Below are positions 23,390-32,968 of a DNA stretch of 43,221 nucleotides, piece by piece. Origin of the DNA: Polyangiaceae bacterium (GTDB lineage: Bacteria > Myxococcota_A > Polyangia > Polyangiales > Polyangiaceae). The stretch covers positions 1-43,221 of the forward strand of contig DATHQY010000448.1 of assembly GCA_035482215.1 (NCBI GenBank). The letters run 5' to 3'. How positions within the stretch are numbered: position 1 is the stretch's first letter; each line of letters opens with the position of its first letter. Under the pieces are notes generated by a model, which was given only the letters and a program-made list of their open reading frames with translations, was not told the DNA's origin and did not search any database. Both the position numbers and the translations under genes were made by a program.

Positions 23390-26200
23390 CTACGACGCCG
23401 TCGCCGCGATCGCCGCGGTCGCGCGCTTCGGGGAGGAGGAGCGCAGCAGCGCGAGCTCCAGCGGTCCTGCGAGAGATCCATCGCCGAGGCTCCGGCCCAG
23501 GGCGGTCCGCACGGCGCGGAAGGGCAGCTGCGCGTCGCCGAACGCCGCTTCGACGACCTCTGCGATCTTGACCCCTCCCGATCCGCGCACGTCCACCTCC
23601 ACCGCGAGCGTCACGAGGTCGCCCGCGATCCCGGCGGCGGCGAGCGCGGTGCTCTCGTCGGCGGTGGCTCGCGCGATACGGCGCAAGAAGCTCCGGACGT
23701 CGACGCGCTTGCCGATTCCGTCGATGCGCCGGACGACCAGAAGCTCCGGTGCGGCCAGCGCCGCCGCGATGCTCCGATCGATCCACTCCGCGTCGCCGCT
23801 CGGAGCGGCGGCGTCGCGAGGAATGCCGACGACATAGCGCGCGGTGTCGACGACGCGGGAGATGGCGGCGTCGCCACCCTCGAGCGGGATCCCGCCGACG
23901 AAGACGAGGCCGGGCTGGGCGCCTTCGGAAAGCGCGTCGAGAAGCGAGGCGGGGTCGATGGCCCCGGCGATCTTCACGTCGACGGCCTCGGCGAGGCTCG
24001 AGACCCCCACGGACAATGCGGGCCCGAACGTCATGTCGGGCTTCGGGTGAAAGCCCTGCGAGTAGAAGAGCGGCACCTCGAGACGCCGGAAGGCGCGCGG
24101 GAGCGCGCGAATTAGATCGAGGTGCGAAAGGAAGGCGGCTGGGCCCGTCTTCCGGTACACGAAGCGGTACCGCAGCGCAGCACCTTGTTCGATGCGTGGG
24201 GGCGTCCCCGCGGGCCGCGCGGGCTTCGGCGGAGGGGGCGGACGCGCCTCCTCGGCTCCGAGCTTGCGCAAGTAGACGAGGCGCTGCTCGCGCATCGCCG
24301 TCAGGTCGCAGGCGATCCCGCAGTCGTAGCAAACGAGCTTCCGATCGTCGGCGGTCGCGTCGCGCAGATTGGTCGCATGCACGAAGGCGCCCGCGACCTT
24401 GCCGCACGGGAGCGACAAGCGGTCGCTCAGCGCTTTTCGGTATTCACGGAGGAGAAATCCGTCTTCTAGGCCCACGTCGATGTGGTCCCAAGGAAGGCGA
24501 GCCGACACGGGAATGGTGCCGAGGTACCGCTCGGGCAAAACGCCTTCGGCGGTGAACGCGTCTTCCCACACGCGCATCTTCTTCTGGTCTTCCCACGAAT
24601 CGAAGCGCGCGCCGCCGAGGTACGCGCGAAGAAGCACCGGCCCGAGCGATCGATCGCCGCGCGAGAACACGGCTTCGAGCCAGGAGGTCTCTCCGTCGTG
24701 CGTCCGTAGCTCGACGTTCGCGGCGCGCGCCTCTTCCTTCAGCCACGTTTGCTTCTTCCGCACGAGATCGGGCGTGTCCATGGCGCACCACTGGAACGGC
24801 GTGTGCGGCTTGGGAACGTGCGTCGAGACGCTCACCGTGACTTTCGGCGTCCCGGGCGTTCCCTGCGCGCGCTTCACGCGCTTCCCGGTCGCACGCGCGC
24901 GGCCGCCCACCCGCGGGATCTCGCGCACATCTTCCTCGCCTTCGGTCGGCAGCCCGATCATGAAGTAGAGCTTCATCGACTGCCATCCGCGGGAGAAGAT
25001 GCGCTCCGCGGTCTGCAGGAGCTGCTCTTCGGTGACGTTCTTGTTGATGACGTCGCGCATCCGCTGCGTCCCCGCTTCCGGAGCGAAAGTCACGCCGGTC
25101 GCCCGCACGCGCGCGATGTCGTCGAGCACGTTCTCGTCGAGGCCGTATGCGCGCAAGCTCGAGACGCCGAGCGACACGCGTTTCGGCCCGAGCGCCTCGG
25201 TCACCTTCTTCACGAGCGGCGCGATGCACGAGTAGTCCGCGGTCGAAAGCGACGTGAGGCTCGCCTCGTCGTACCCGCTCTTTTTGACGGCGCTCACGAT
25301 CGTGTCGACGACCTGCTGCGGATCGCGCTCGCGGACCGGCCGGTAGATCATTCCCGCCTGGCAAAAGCGACACCCTTCCGTGCAGCCGCGCGCGACTTCG
25401 ATCGACATGCGATCGAAGATCGCTTCCGGTCCGCCGATCGGGCTGTCGTCGGGAAACGGGAAGCGATTGAGGTCGTCGACGATGGTCCGCGTGACGGGGA
25501 GCGTTGCGTGAGCGTCGAGCGCGCGGTCCACCACCGTGAACCCCGTGTCCGCCTCGATGCGCGTGGCATAGAGCGACGGCACGTAGACGCCGCGGAGCTT
25601 CGCGAGCTCGCGCAGCCGGTCCCCACGCGAGAGGCCCTCTTTTTTCGTACGCGTCCAGACGAGGGCCACTTCGCTCGTGCGCTCCTCGCCGTCGCCGATC
25701 ACGATTGCATCGAGAAACGGCGCGACGGGCTCGGGGTGGGTAGCCGTCGGGCCGCCTGCGAGAATGAGCGGGTCGTCCTCGCCGCGGTCTTCCGCTTTCA
25801 GCGGGACTCCTCCCAGATCGAGCATGAGAAGGACGTTCGTGTACGTAAGCTCGAACTGGAGCGAGAATCCGACGACGTCGAAATCGCGCAGCGGCCGCGC
25901 GCTCTCGGCCGACACGAGCGGAAGGCCGCGCTTCCTGAGCTCCGCCTCCATGTCGATCCACGGCGCATAGGCGCGCTCCGCGAGGATTCGCGCGTCGTCA
26001 TTGAGAATTTTATAAAGAATCTTGAAGCCGAGATGGCTCATTCCGATGTCGTAGACATCCGGAAAAGCCAGACATACGCGTGCTTCGACCGCGGCCCAGT
26101 CCTTGACGCGCGCCCCGAACTCGCCGCCGAGGTAACGCGCCGGCTTCTGCACCAGGTGCACGAAGGAAACGTACGGATGTTCAGCTGTCTCCGGGAGCAT
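23390..26200 (-). CDS. Radical SAM protein of the TIGR03960 type fused to a DUF2344/TIGR03936-type C-terminal domain
   Basis: The N-terminus is YVSFVHLVQKPARYLGGE and the cluster motif is ARGCTEGCRFCQAG (CxxxCxxC). The C-terminal part has FLSHLDLIRALPRAFRR...GFHPKPDMTFGPALSVG. Confidence 0.8.
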   Translation of the reverse strand: MLPETAEHPYVSFVHLVQKPARYLGGEFGARVKDWAAVEARVCLAFPDVYDIGMSHLGFKILYKILNDDARILAERAYAPWIDMEAELRKRGLPLVSAESARPLRDFDVVGFSLQFELTYTNVLLMLDLGGVPLKAEDRGEDDPLILAGGPTATHPEPVAPFLDAIVIGDGEERTSEVALVWTRTKKEGLSRGDRLRELAKLRGVYVPSLYATRIEADTGFTVVDRALDAHATLPVTRTIVDDLNRFPFPDDSPIGGPEAIFDRMSIEVARGCTEGCRFCQAGMIYRPVRERDPQQVVDTIVSAVKKSGYDEASLTSLSTADYSCIAPLVKKVTEALGPKRVSLGVSSLRAYGLDENVLDDIARVRATGVTFAPEAGTQRMRDVINKNVTEEQLLQTAERIFSRGWQSMKLYFMIGLPTEGEEDVREIPRVGGRARATGKRVKRAQGTPGTPKVTVSVSTHVPKPHTPFQWCAMDTPDLVRKKQTWLKEEARAANVELRTHDGETSWLEAVFSRGDRSLGPVLLRAYLGGARFDSWEDQKKMRVWEDAFTAEGVLPERYLGTIPVSARLPWDHIDVGLEDGFLLREYRKALSDRLSLPCGKVAGAFVHATNLRDATADDRKLVCYDCGIACDLTAMREQRLVYLRKLGAEEARPPPPPKPARPAGTPPRIEQGAALRYRFVYRKTGPAAFLSHLDLIRALPRAFRRLEVPLFYSQGFHPKPDMTFGPALSVGVSSLAEAVDVKIAGAIDPASLLDALSEGAQPGLVFVGGIPLEGGDAAISRVVDTARYVVGIPRDAAAPSGDAEWIDRSIAAALAAPELLVVRRIDGIGKRVDVRSFLRRIARATADESTALAAAGIAGDLVTLAVEVDVRGSGGVKIAEVVEAAFGDAQLPFRAVRTALGRSLGDGSLAGPLELALLRSSSPKRATAAIAATAS

Positions 26201-26306
26201 GGGCGCCTCTGGTCTAGCGCAGACTCGGCCGATCCGCTCAAGGCGCGCGCCCCCTTCACGGGTTGAGCGCTAGCGCCGTTACTGTGGTTGGACGGGAGAG
26301 GGGCCC

Positions 26307-27767
26307 TTGGCGCGCGTTCTGGTTGTCGACGACAGTTCGTCGGTTCGGTCGCTGATCGCGACCCGCCTACGCGCACAGGGCTATTCCGTCGACGAGGCCG
26401 TGGACGGCGAGAACGGCGCAGAACGCGCCATGTCGTCGCCTCCCGATATCGTCGTCACAGATCTGGTCATGAAGGGCATTTCAGGAGTCCAGCTTTGCCG
26501 GATTCTCCGGAATGAGCCGGCGACCGCCCACATCCCGGTCGTCCTTCTCACGGCCTCCGGCGACAAGCGATCGCGCTTTTGGGCGCGCTCGGCGGGAGCT
26601 GCCGCGTACCTCGGCAAGGATCGACTTGCTGATCTCGACGGTCTGCTTCCGACGCTTCTTTCGTCCGCGGCCGCCTCCGGCGCGGTCGCATCTCCGCCCG
26701 CCGAGAAGGCCGGGCCCACGCGTAGGACGCTCCACGATCGCATCTCCGCCGTGCTCGATACGGCGCTCTTCGAGTCCGTCATCGCCGGCGAAGTGCGCGC
26801 GCTTGCGAGCGCGGGCGAGGTCCTGCGCCTCTTCGACGGCCTCGTGGGGCTCTTGTCCGACGTCCTCTCCTATCGGTGGGTCGCGCTCCTTCCGACGCGG
26901 CCCTATGCCCCGCTGCTCGTCCACGGCCACCCCGGCGACCTCGCGGAGCTCGAACCGGCCGCGCGCTCGGCGCTGGGGGCGTCGCCCGAGCGGATGGCGT
27001 CGATCGTGTCCGATGAGCGCGCCGTGGTCGGCGCCGGCGCGCCGATCGAGACGTGGCCCGTGGTCTTCGCGGGCCAACCGATCGGGCGCGTCGCGCTCGC
27101 TCCGACGGCGCGCGGCCTCGCGCGCGACGAGAGGCGCCTCGTATCGCTCGTGTCGTTCGAGCTCGGTGGCCCGATGCAGATGAGCGCCCTCTACGAAGAC
27201 GCGCAGCGCATGGCGACGACCGATGCGCTCACGGGCCTGCTCAACCGGCGCGCATTCCTCGAGAGCGTCGACCGCGAACGCGCCCGCTCGGATCGGCATA
27301 TCCTTCCGTTTTCGCTCTTGCTGCTCGACATCGACCACTTCAAGAAAGTGAATGACACGCGCGGCCACGCGGCGGGCGACGCGGTGCTCAAAGGCGTCGC
27401 GCAGGTCTTGCTCAAGGTCGCGCGGCGCAGCGACGTCGTCGCGCGGTGGGGTGGCGAAGAATTCGTCATCGCGCTTCCGCAGACCGGCGAAGCGGGCGCA
27501 CGCATCGCCGCCGAACGCGTCCGGCGCGCGATCGCGGCGTCGTCGCATCCGGCGCCGGAGGGCGACCCGCTGGTCGTGACCGCGTCCATCGGCGTCGCGA
27601 GCTCCGAGTCGCCCTGGAAGGCGGAAGGCCTCATCGGCGCGGCCGATGCCGCGATGTATGCGGCCAAGGCGCGGGGACGCAACCGCGTGGAGATCCTCAC
27701 CTCCGGCGCCGCCGAGCCCCCGACCTTGACGCGTCGGCGACCCGTTCTCGAGAAGCCGAACGTCTAG
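26307..27767 (+). CDS. Response regulator-diguanylate cyclase (REC, middle domain, GGDEF)
   Basis: The REC domain has VLVVDDSS and VVTDLVMKGISG. The GGDEF domain has DALTGLLNRR and GGEEF, with an RxxD I-site (RRSD) five residues upstream. The TTG start at 26307 is preceded by GGGAGAGGGG. Confidence 0.85.
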   Translation: MARVLVVDDSSSVRSLIATRLRAQGYSVDEAVDGENGAERAMSSPPDIVVTDLVMKGISGVQLCRILRNEPATAHIPVVLLTASGDKRSRFWARSAGAAAYLGKDRLADLDGLLPTLLSSAAASGAVASPPAEKAGPTRRTLHDRISAVLDTALFESVIAGEVRALASAGEVLRLFDGLVGLLSDVLSYRWVALLPTRPYAPLLVHGHPGDLAELEPAARSALGASPERMASIVSDERAVVGAGAPIETWPVVFAGQPIGRVALAPTARGLARDERRLVSLVSFELGGPMQMSALYEDAQRMATTDALTGLLNRRAFLESVDRERARSDRHILPFSLLLLDIDHFKKVNDTRGHAAGDAVLKGVAQVLLKVARRSDVVARWGGEEFVIALPQTGEAGARIAAERVRRAIAASSHPAPEGDPLVVTASIGVASSESPWKAEGLIGAADAAMYAAKARGRNRVEILTSGAAEPPTLTRRRPVLEKPNV

Positions 27768-27791
27768 GTCCGAAGATCGCGAATCGAGGAG

Positions 27792-28529
27792 CTAACCGGT
27801 CTTCGACTGGGCGCCGAGACCCGCAAGCGACGCGCCACACGCGCACGCCTCGGGAACGTGCGCCACGTGGTAGACGCGCTCGCAACGCGGGCAGACCCGC
27901 GCATCCGGCTCGTACGCGATCACGGTGCCGCTCGCCGCGCAGCGGCGGCCGACGACTTGCGGCGGCTCGAGGGCGAGCGATTCGCCTGCGGCCGCACTCG
28001 CCTCGGGGAGCGTGGCGTCGGCCGGAACGTCGACCAGCGCAGGGATCCGATCGCGCGCTTCTTTCGCGATCCACGCGCCACCCTGCGGTTGCGTCGCAAG
28101 CGTCGCCACGATCGACATCGCGTTGCCCAGGTCGTCCTTGCCGGTGACGCGCACGGCTTCACCACGCCATTCGATGCGCTCGACCGCGTACCACGGCATT
28201 CGCCGGAGGCCGCTCTTCTCCACGGCGAGGCCGGCATCGCCGACGCGCAGGAGCGCTTCGCCGCTCGTGCCGATCCAGATGGCGACGGCGACGAGCACCG
28301 AGCCCGCGATGAGAATGCCCGGTGTCGCGGCCAGCGGCGTTGCGCCGCTCTCGGATACGTACGAACCGAAGAGTTCCCAGCTGCCCGCGCCCATGAGGAG
28401 AGCGCCGAAACCACCGAGCACGAAGGCGATCGAGGGGCTCACCGTCGGACGCGGCTGAAACCTTCGCTCCCGCCTCTCGCGCGGCTTGTCGCGGTTCTCA
28501 CGCTTGCCGCTCTTGGACTTTTTGGCCAT
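27792..28529 (-). CDS. Hypothetical membrane protein (2 TM) with a C-terminal zinc ribbon
   Basis: It has a basic N-terminus, two hydrophobic segments, and C-terminal C...CPRC...CACG cysteines. It starts 14 nt downstream of the M20 gene stop. Confidence 0.55.
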   Translation of the reverse strand: MAKKSKSGKRENRDKPRERRERRFQPRPTVSPSIAFVLGGFGALLMGAGSWELFGSYVSESGATPLAATPGILIAGSVLVAVAIWIGTSGEALLRVGDAGLAVEKSGLRRMPWYAVERIEWRGEAVRVTGKDDLGNAMSIVATLATQPQGGAWIAKEARDRIPALVDVPADATLPEASAAAGESLALEPPQVVGRRCAASGTVIAYEPDARVCPRCERVYHVAHVPEACACGASLAGLGAQSKTG

Positions 28530-28543
28530 GGGCAGTGCCGAAC

Positions 28544-29968
28544 TTACTCGGATTCGAGCGGCTGGCTACTGGCCGCTGTCGGGGGCGCCTGGTCAGGCGC
28601 CATCCGTGCGATCTCGTCGTAGAGGTAGGCGGCGCTCTTGATGCCGAGGTGGTAGTTCTCGAGGTCGAGCCACTCGTTGGGGGCGTGAGAATTCTCGTCC
28701 GGCTGGCCGAAGCCCATGAGCAAACACGGCTTGCCGGTCGCGTCGGCGATCGTCCGCACGAAAGGGATGCTCCCGCCCTCACGAATGAAGGCCGTCGGTT
28801 TGCCGAACGCCTTGGTGAACGCGCGTTTCGCCACCTCGTACACCGGGTGGTCCGTGGGCGCGAGGTACGGCCGTCCCCCGTGGCGGTATTCGACCCGCAC
28901 GCGAACCCCCGGCGGGGCGACGCGCAGCAAGTGTTCGCGCACTCTGTTCACGATATCCTCGGGCTCCTGGTCGGGGACCAGGCGGCAGCCGATCTTGGCG
29001 CTCGCGCGTGAGGGGATGATCGTCTTCGCGCCTTCGCCCTGGAAACCTCCGCCGATCCCGCTGCAATCGAGCGTCGGCCGCGCCCAGATGCGTTCGAGCG
29101 TCGAATACCCCTTCTCGCCGGCGACCATCGGCGATCCCGTCGACGCCAGCCACTCCGCTTCGTCGAACGGGAGACGCGCGATCATCTCGCGCTCTCCGGC
29201 GCTGAGGGGCCGCACATGGTCGTAGAACCCGCGCACCGCGACGCGTCCGTCGTCGTCATGCAGTGAGGCGATCATTTTCGCGAGCGCGTTCACGGGGTTC
29301 AGGACGCCGCCGCCGAACGAGCCTGAGTGCAGATCGACGCTGGGCCCCTCCACGTACACTTCGAGGTACGCGAGGCCGCGAAGCCCGATGCAGAGCGAAG
29401 GAATCCCGCGGCCGAACATCGCCGTGTCGCTGACGCAAACGAAGTCCGACGCGAGATCGACGGCGCGATCGCGGAGGAGCCCGTCGAGGTGCGCGCTCCC
29501 GATCTCCTCCTCGCCTTCCACGATCATCTTCAGCCGGATCGGCGGCCGGCCCACGGTGGCGACGAAGCTCTCGATGGCCTTCGCGTGGACGTACACTTGG
29601 CCCTTGTCATCCACGACGCCACGACCGAAGAGCCGGTTGTCGCGGACCGTGGCTTCGAACGGCGGGGAGAGCCAGAGGTTCAGCGGGTCGACCGGCTGCA
29701 CGTCGTGATGGCCGTAGACGAGCAGCGTCGGCGCCGTGCTCGGCGCCCCCAGCCATTCGGCGAAGACCGCGGGGTGGCCGCGCGTCTGCCAGATCTCGAC
29801 GCGATCGGCGCCCGCCGATCGGAGATGCGCTTCGAGGTGCTCGGCGCTGGCGCGGACGTCTGCCGCCCGGGCGGGGTCGCTCGACACGGAGGGAATCCGG
29901 ACCCAGCGAACCAGGTCCGCGACGAAACGGTCCCGGTGCTCGTCGATGAATGCGAGGACTTCGTCCAT
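28544..29968 (-). CDS. M20 family metallopeptidase (dipeptidase / ArgE-DapE-CPG2 superfamily)
   Basis: It has LVYGHHDVQPVD and GRGVVDDKGQ, and is 474 aa. Confidence 0.85.
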   Translation of the reverse strand: MDEVLAFIDEHRDRFVADLVRWVRIPSVSSDPARAADVRASAEHLEAHLRSAGADRVEIWQTRGHPAVFAEWLGAPSTAPTLLVYGHHDVQPVDPLNLWLSPPFEATVRDNRLFGRGVVDDKGQVYVHAKAIESFVATVGRPPIRLKMIVEGEEEIGSAHLDGLLRDRAVDLASDFVCVSDTAMFGRGIPSLCIGLRGLAYLEVYVEGPSVDLHSGSFGGGVLNPVNALAKMIASLHDDDGRVAVRGFYDHVRPLSAGEREMIARLPFDEAEWLASTGSPMVAGEKGYSTLERIWARPTLDCSGIGGGFQGEGAKTIIPSRASAKIGCRLVPDQEPEDIVNRVREHLLRVAPPGVRVRVEYRHGGRPYLAPTDHPVYEVAKRAFTKAFGKPTAFIREGGSIPFVRTIADATGKPCLLMGFGQPDENSHAPNEWLDLENYHLGIKSAAYLYDEIARMAPDQAPPTAASSQPLESE

Positions 29969-30056
29969 GGCTAGGTCCTAGCGTTCGACGAAGGGGATCG
30001 CCAAGGCGCAAAGACGCCAAAGAGAGAGGTCGCGAGGCTCGCCGCCCGCTCGACCG

Positions 30057-30671
30057 CTACCGGGCCAAGAGGCCGAGTGCCTCCCGAAGAAGCTCCTCGA
30101 AGGGCGAGGCGTTCAATCGAGGCTCGAGCGAGGCGACGGCACGGTCAGCTTCGGCCGGCTTGAATCCCATGCCCGTCAGCGCCGCCCGAAGCCTGTCGCC
30201 GGCGGCTCCTGCGTGCGGTGCCGCCTTCGCATGCCCGGCGGTCGAGGACGCCAGGACGGCCGCCTCCGGCAGGCGATCGCGAAGCTCGAGAAGGAGCCGC
30301 TCCGCGATTTTCTTTCCGACGCCGGAGATCGCCGTGAGCGCGGCAAGGTCTCGGCGGGCGACCGCCCGCGAAAGCTCGGAGACGGGCAGTGCGCCGAGGA
30401 CGGCGATCGCGATTTTGGGACCGACGTTCGAAACGCCGATCAGCATCCGGAAAGCGGTCCGCTCGGCGTCGTCGGCGAAGCCGAAGAGCGCCAGCGCATC
30501 TTCCCGGACGTGCGTGTGGATCCACAACGTCACCCGTCCGTCCGCATCGGCGGGCGCTCTCCCGAGGGTGCCGAGCGGCGCGGTGACTTCGTAGCCCACG
30601 CCGCCGACGTCGAGCACCACACCCCCATCCGCTTCGTGTCCCAGCACGCGGCCGGTCAGGCGCCCGATCAT
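30057..30671 (-). CDS. ruvA: Holliday junction branch-migration complex subunit RuvA
   Basis: It has MIGRLTGRV, VGGVGYEV, REDALALFGF, LIGVSNVGPKIA and ISGVGKKIAERL. Confidence 0.9.
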   Translation of the reverse strand: MIGRLTGRVLGHEADGGVVLDVGGVGYEVTAPLGTLGRAPADADGRVTLWIHTHVREDALALFGFADDAERTAFRMLIGVSNVGPKIAIAVLGALPVSELSRAVARRDLAALTAISGVGKKIAERLLLELRDRLPEAAVLASSTAGHAKAAPHAGAAGDRLRAALTGMGFKPAEADRAVASLEPRLNASPFEELLREALGLLAR

Positions 30672-30720
30672 CCATCACTCCTACCAGAGCCCGCGCACGG
30701 GAGCGCGCGCACGCGGGTGG

Positions 30721-31401
30721 TCAGTTGTTCTGCGGGGCACCGCCGTTGATCCAGGCGCGAATCGTGTCGCGTGTGGCCTGGGGCAATATCGAGGCGCTGT
30801 ACGGCATGGGAAGCCCGCATTCGCCGTCGTCGTCGCCTTCCGAGCAATCGAGCGTGTTGATCGTGTCGTCGACCTTGTGCATGAGGAAGCTGTTGGTGTC
30901 GCTCCCGGGCGAGACGAGGGGCATCGACGGATCTTCAGCGGAGTTCACCATCAATCCGCTCCAGATCGTCATCAGTGTCGACTGCACGACCGTGGCGCCC
31001 GGCTGAGGACCCAAGTACGGGCGCTGTTGCGGCTGGGTCGTGACGCGCAGATCGCCGTGGCACGTAAGCCCGCTCGTAGTGCAGTTCGACTGGAAGATCG
31101 GAACGATCGTGCTCGAGAACGAGATGGTGGTTCCCGTCGTGCCGGAGGCGCTGCCGGTGCCGCCGGTAGTGCCCGTACTCCCGGTGGAGCCGGCGCTTCC
31201 GGCGGAGCCGGTGCTCCGGGTCGTGCCGGTGCTGCTCGAGCCCGCGCTTCCTGATGAACCGCTGGTCGACGTCCCGGTGTTTCCCCCGGAATTGCCGCTG
31301 GAGCCGGTCGAATCGCCCGAAGAGCACGCGGCCGACGTCGAAACCGCGCCGATGGCGACCAGCGAAGACCAAGCAAAGCGAAACCTAAGTATTGCGCGCA
31401 T
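30721..31401 (-). CDS. Secreted lipoprotein with a Ser/Gly/Thr-rich linker and a planctomycete-cytochrome-c-like (PSCyt1-like) C-terminal domain
   Basis: The lipobox is VSTSAACSS, followed by ~70 aa of S/G/T low complexity. Then come IVPIFQSNCTTSGLTCHG, SFLMHKV and LPMP...TIRAWINGGAP. The start is ATG 31399-31401. Confidence 0.55.
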   Translation of the reverse strand: MRAILRFRFAWSSLVAIGAVSTSAACSSGDSTGSSGNSGGNTGTSTSGSSGSAGSSSTGTTRSTGSAGSAGSTGSTGTTGGTGSASGTTGTTISFSSTIVPIFQSNCTTSGLTCHGDLRVTTQPQQRPYLGPQPGATVVQSTLMTIWSGLMVNSAEDPSMPLVSPGSDTNSFLMHKVDDTINTLDCSEGDDDGECGLPMPYSASILPQATRDTIRAWINGGAPQNN

Positions 31402-31456
31402 ATGTAAGGAGCGTCCTTTCGCGGCGGTAGCCACTCTACCAGAGCCGCGTCATCCC

Positions 31457-32968
31457 CTACGTCGAGGCCCGAGGTTCGGTTTCGCCGTTCCATGGGCGAG
31501 GTGCGAGACGCGGCGCTGCGGAGGGCCGGAGGGCGCTCGCTGCGAGCATCGCGAGCACCGGGGTTACGACGACGTGGTAACGATCCTCGCCGAAGAAGAC
31601 CGCGTGCGTCACCATCGTGGTCGCAAGGAGCGATGTCGCCAGCCTGATCGCGGGCGGTCGCTCCGGCGCGCCCGGCAGAGGTAGCCACGGGACGATCGTT
31701 GCCATGATCACGAGGGGCCAAAATGTGGGCTCGTCTGCCGTCACGGCGAAGACGGCGAGGCCTCCCGCGATCGCGATGAGCCCGCCCTGCACCGCGGCCG
31801 CCCACGACGCAACCGCGCCCGGCGCGCCGCGCGGAGCCCCGCCCGTTCTTCGCGCCAGGGGAAACGCGATGGCTCCGAACGCGGCGGCCATCACGAGAAG
31901 CCGGTGGGCGAACGTCGTCACGGCGCGGCCGAGGACCCGCCGCGGCTCGGGCCACGCCTCGGGATGGGCCTCGTGCAGATACTCGACGGCGAAGGACTCG
32001 TGGTCGAACGTGTACCCGAGCTTGGCCGGAATGAGCCCGAGCCAGTGCCAGGGATGGTCGGCGATCTGTTGCAGGCCGTACGAAAGCCAGCAGCGATCTT
32101 GCTGCACCTGCCCCGTGACCTCGCGGCATCCGTCGCTCGACCGCAGCGTTTCGAAGCGGCCGGTCGCGCGGGGAAACGCGCCTATCGCGAGGTTCCATCC
32201 CGCGTTCGTGCTCACGAGCGCGCACCCGTCCATGACGCGGCAGTTGCGCGCAGTCCACGGCAGGACCGGCAGGAGGGCAACGGCGCACGCGAGTGCCGCC
32301 GCGCCGAGAGCCCGCGTCCATCGTGCGGAGCGCCGTGGATCGCAGAGAGGACCGGCGGCGGGCGAGCGATCGAGCACCAGCGCGAGAAACGGCGCGCACA
32401 GGAGGGCTTGCGGCCGCACGAGCGCAGCGAGGCCCAGCACGAGCGCGCCGCGGATCAAGCCGCGCCACGGTCGCGCATCGCGTGTCGCAAGCCAGAACGC
32501 GAGGAGCGTCAGCAGCGCGGCGAGCGGCTCGCTCATGACGAGCGCCGAGTAGACGACGAGCCCCGGATGGATCGCGACGAGGATCCCCGCCGCGCGCGCT
32601 CGCCACGGACGGAGCCCCTGTTTGGCGAGCGCCCACGTCGCGAGCGCGAGCGCCGCGCCGACGAGCGCGTTGGCCACGGCCGCTGTGGCGTAGCTCGCGC
32701 CGAGGACGCGATAGAACAACGCGAGGAAGCCGCTGTACCCGACGGGATAATGGCACCACGCGTGCCACACGACGTGCCCGTCGATCGTACGGTCGTCCGA
32801 GTAACCGAATCCCGCGGCAATGCGTCGCGCGCCGAAGTCGTAGTAGTGCCCGTCCCACACGGCTTCGCCTGCCCAAGCCAGGGCGAGCCAGAGACGCGGC
32901 ACGAGCGCGCCGACGAAGAGCAACGCGCCGAACTCCGCGTCCCCGCGGACCCGGCTCGATTCGTTCAC
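31457..32968 (-). CDS. ArnT/PMT-like polytopic glycosyltransferase (GT-C, GT39/GT83-like)
   Basis: The N-terminal pattern LVPRLWLAL...WDGHYYDFGARRIAAGFGY is followed by many TM segments. The GTG start at 32966-32968 overlaps the upstream stop as GTGA. Confidence 0.7.
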   Translation of the reverse strand: MNESSRVRGDAEFGALLFVGALVPRLWLALAWAGEAVWDGHYYDFGARRIAAGFGYSDDRTIDGHVVWHAWCHYPVGYSGFLALFYRVLGASYATAAVANALVGAALALATWALAKQGLRPWRARAAGILVAIHPGLVVYSALVMSEPLAALLTLLAFWLATRDARPWRGLIRGALVLGLAALVRPQALLCAPFLALVLDRSPAAGPLCDPRRSARWTRALGAAALACAVALLPVLPWTARNCRVMDGCALVSTNAGWNLAIGAFPRATGRFETLRSSDGCREVTGQVQQDRCWLSYGLQQIADHPWHWLGLIPAKLGYTFDHESFAVEYLHEAHPEAWPEPRRVLGRAVTTFAHRLLVMAAAFGAIAFPLARRTGGAPRGAPGAVASWAAAVQGGLIAIAGGLAVFAVTADEPTFWPLVIMATIVPWLPLPGAPERPPAIRLATSLLATTMVTHAVFFGEDRYHVVVTPVLAMLAASALRPSAAPRLAPRPWNGETEPRAST

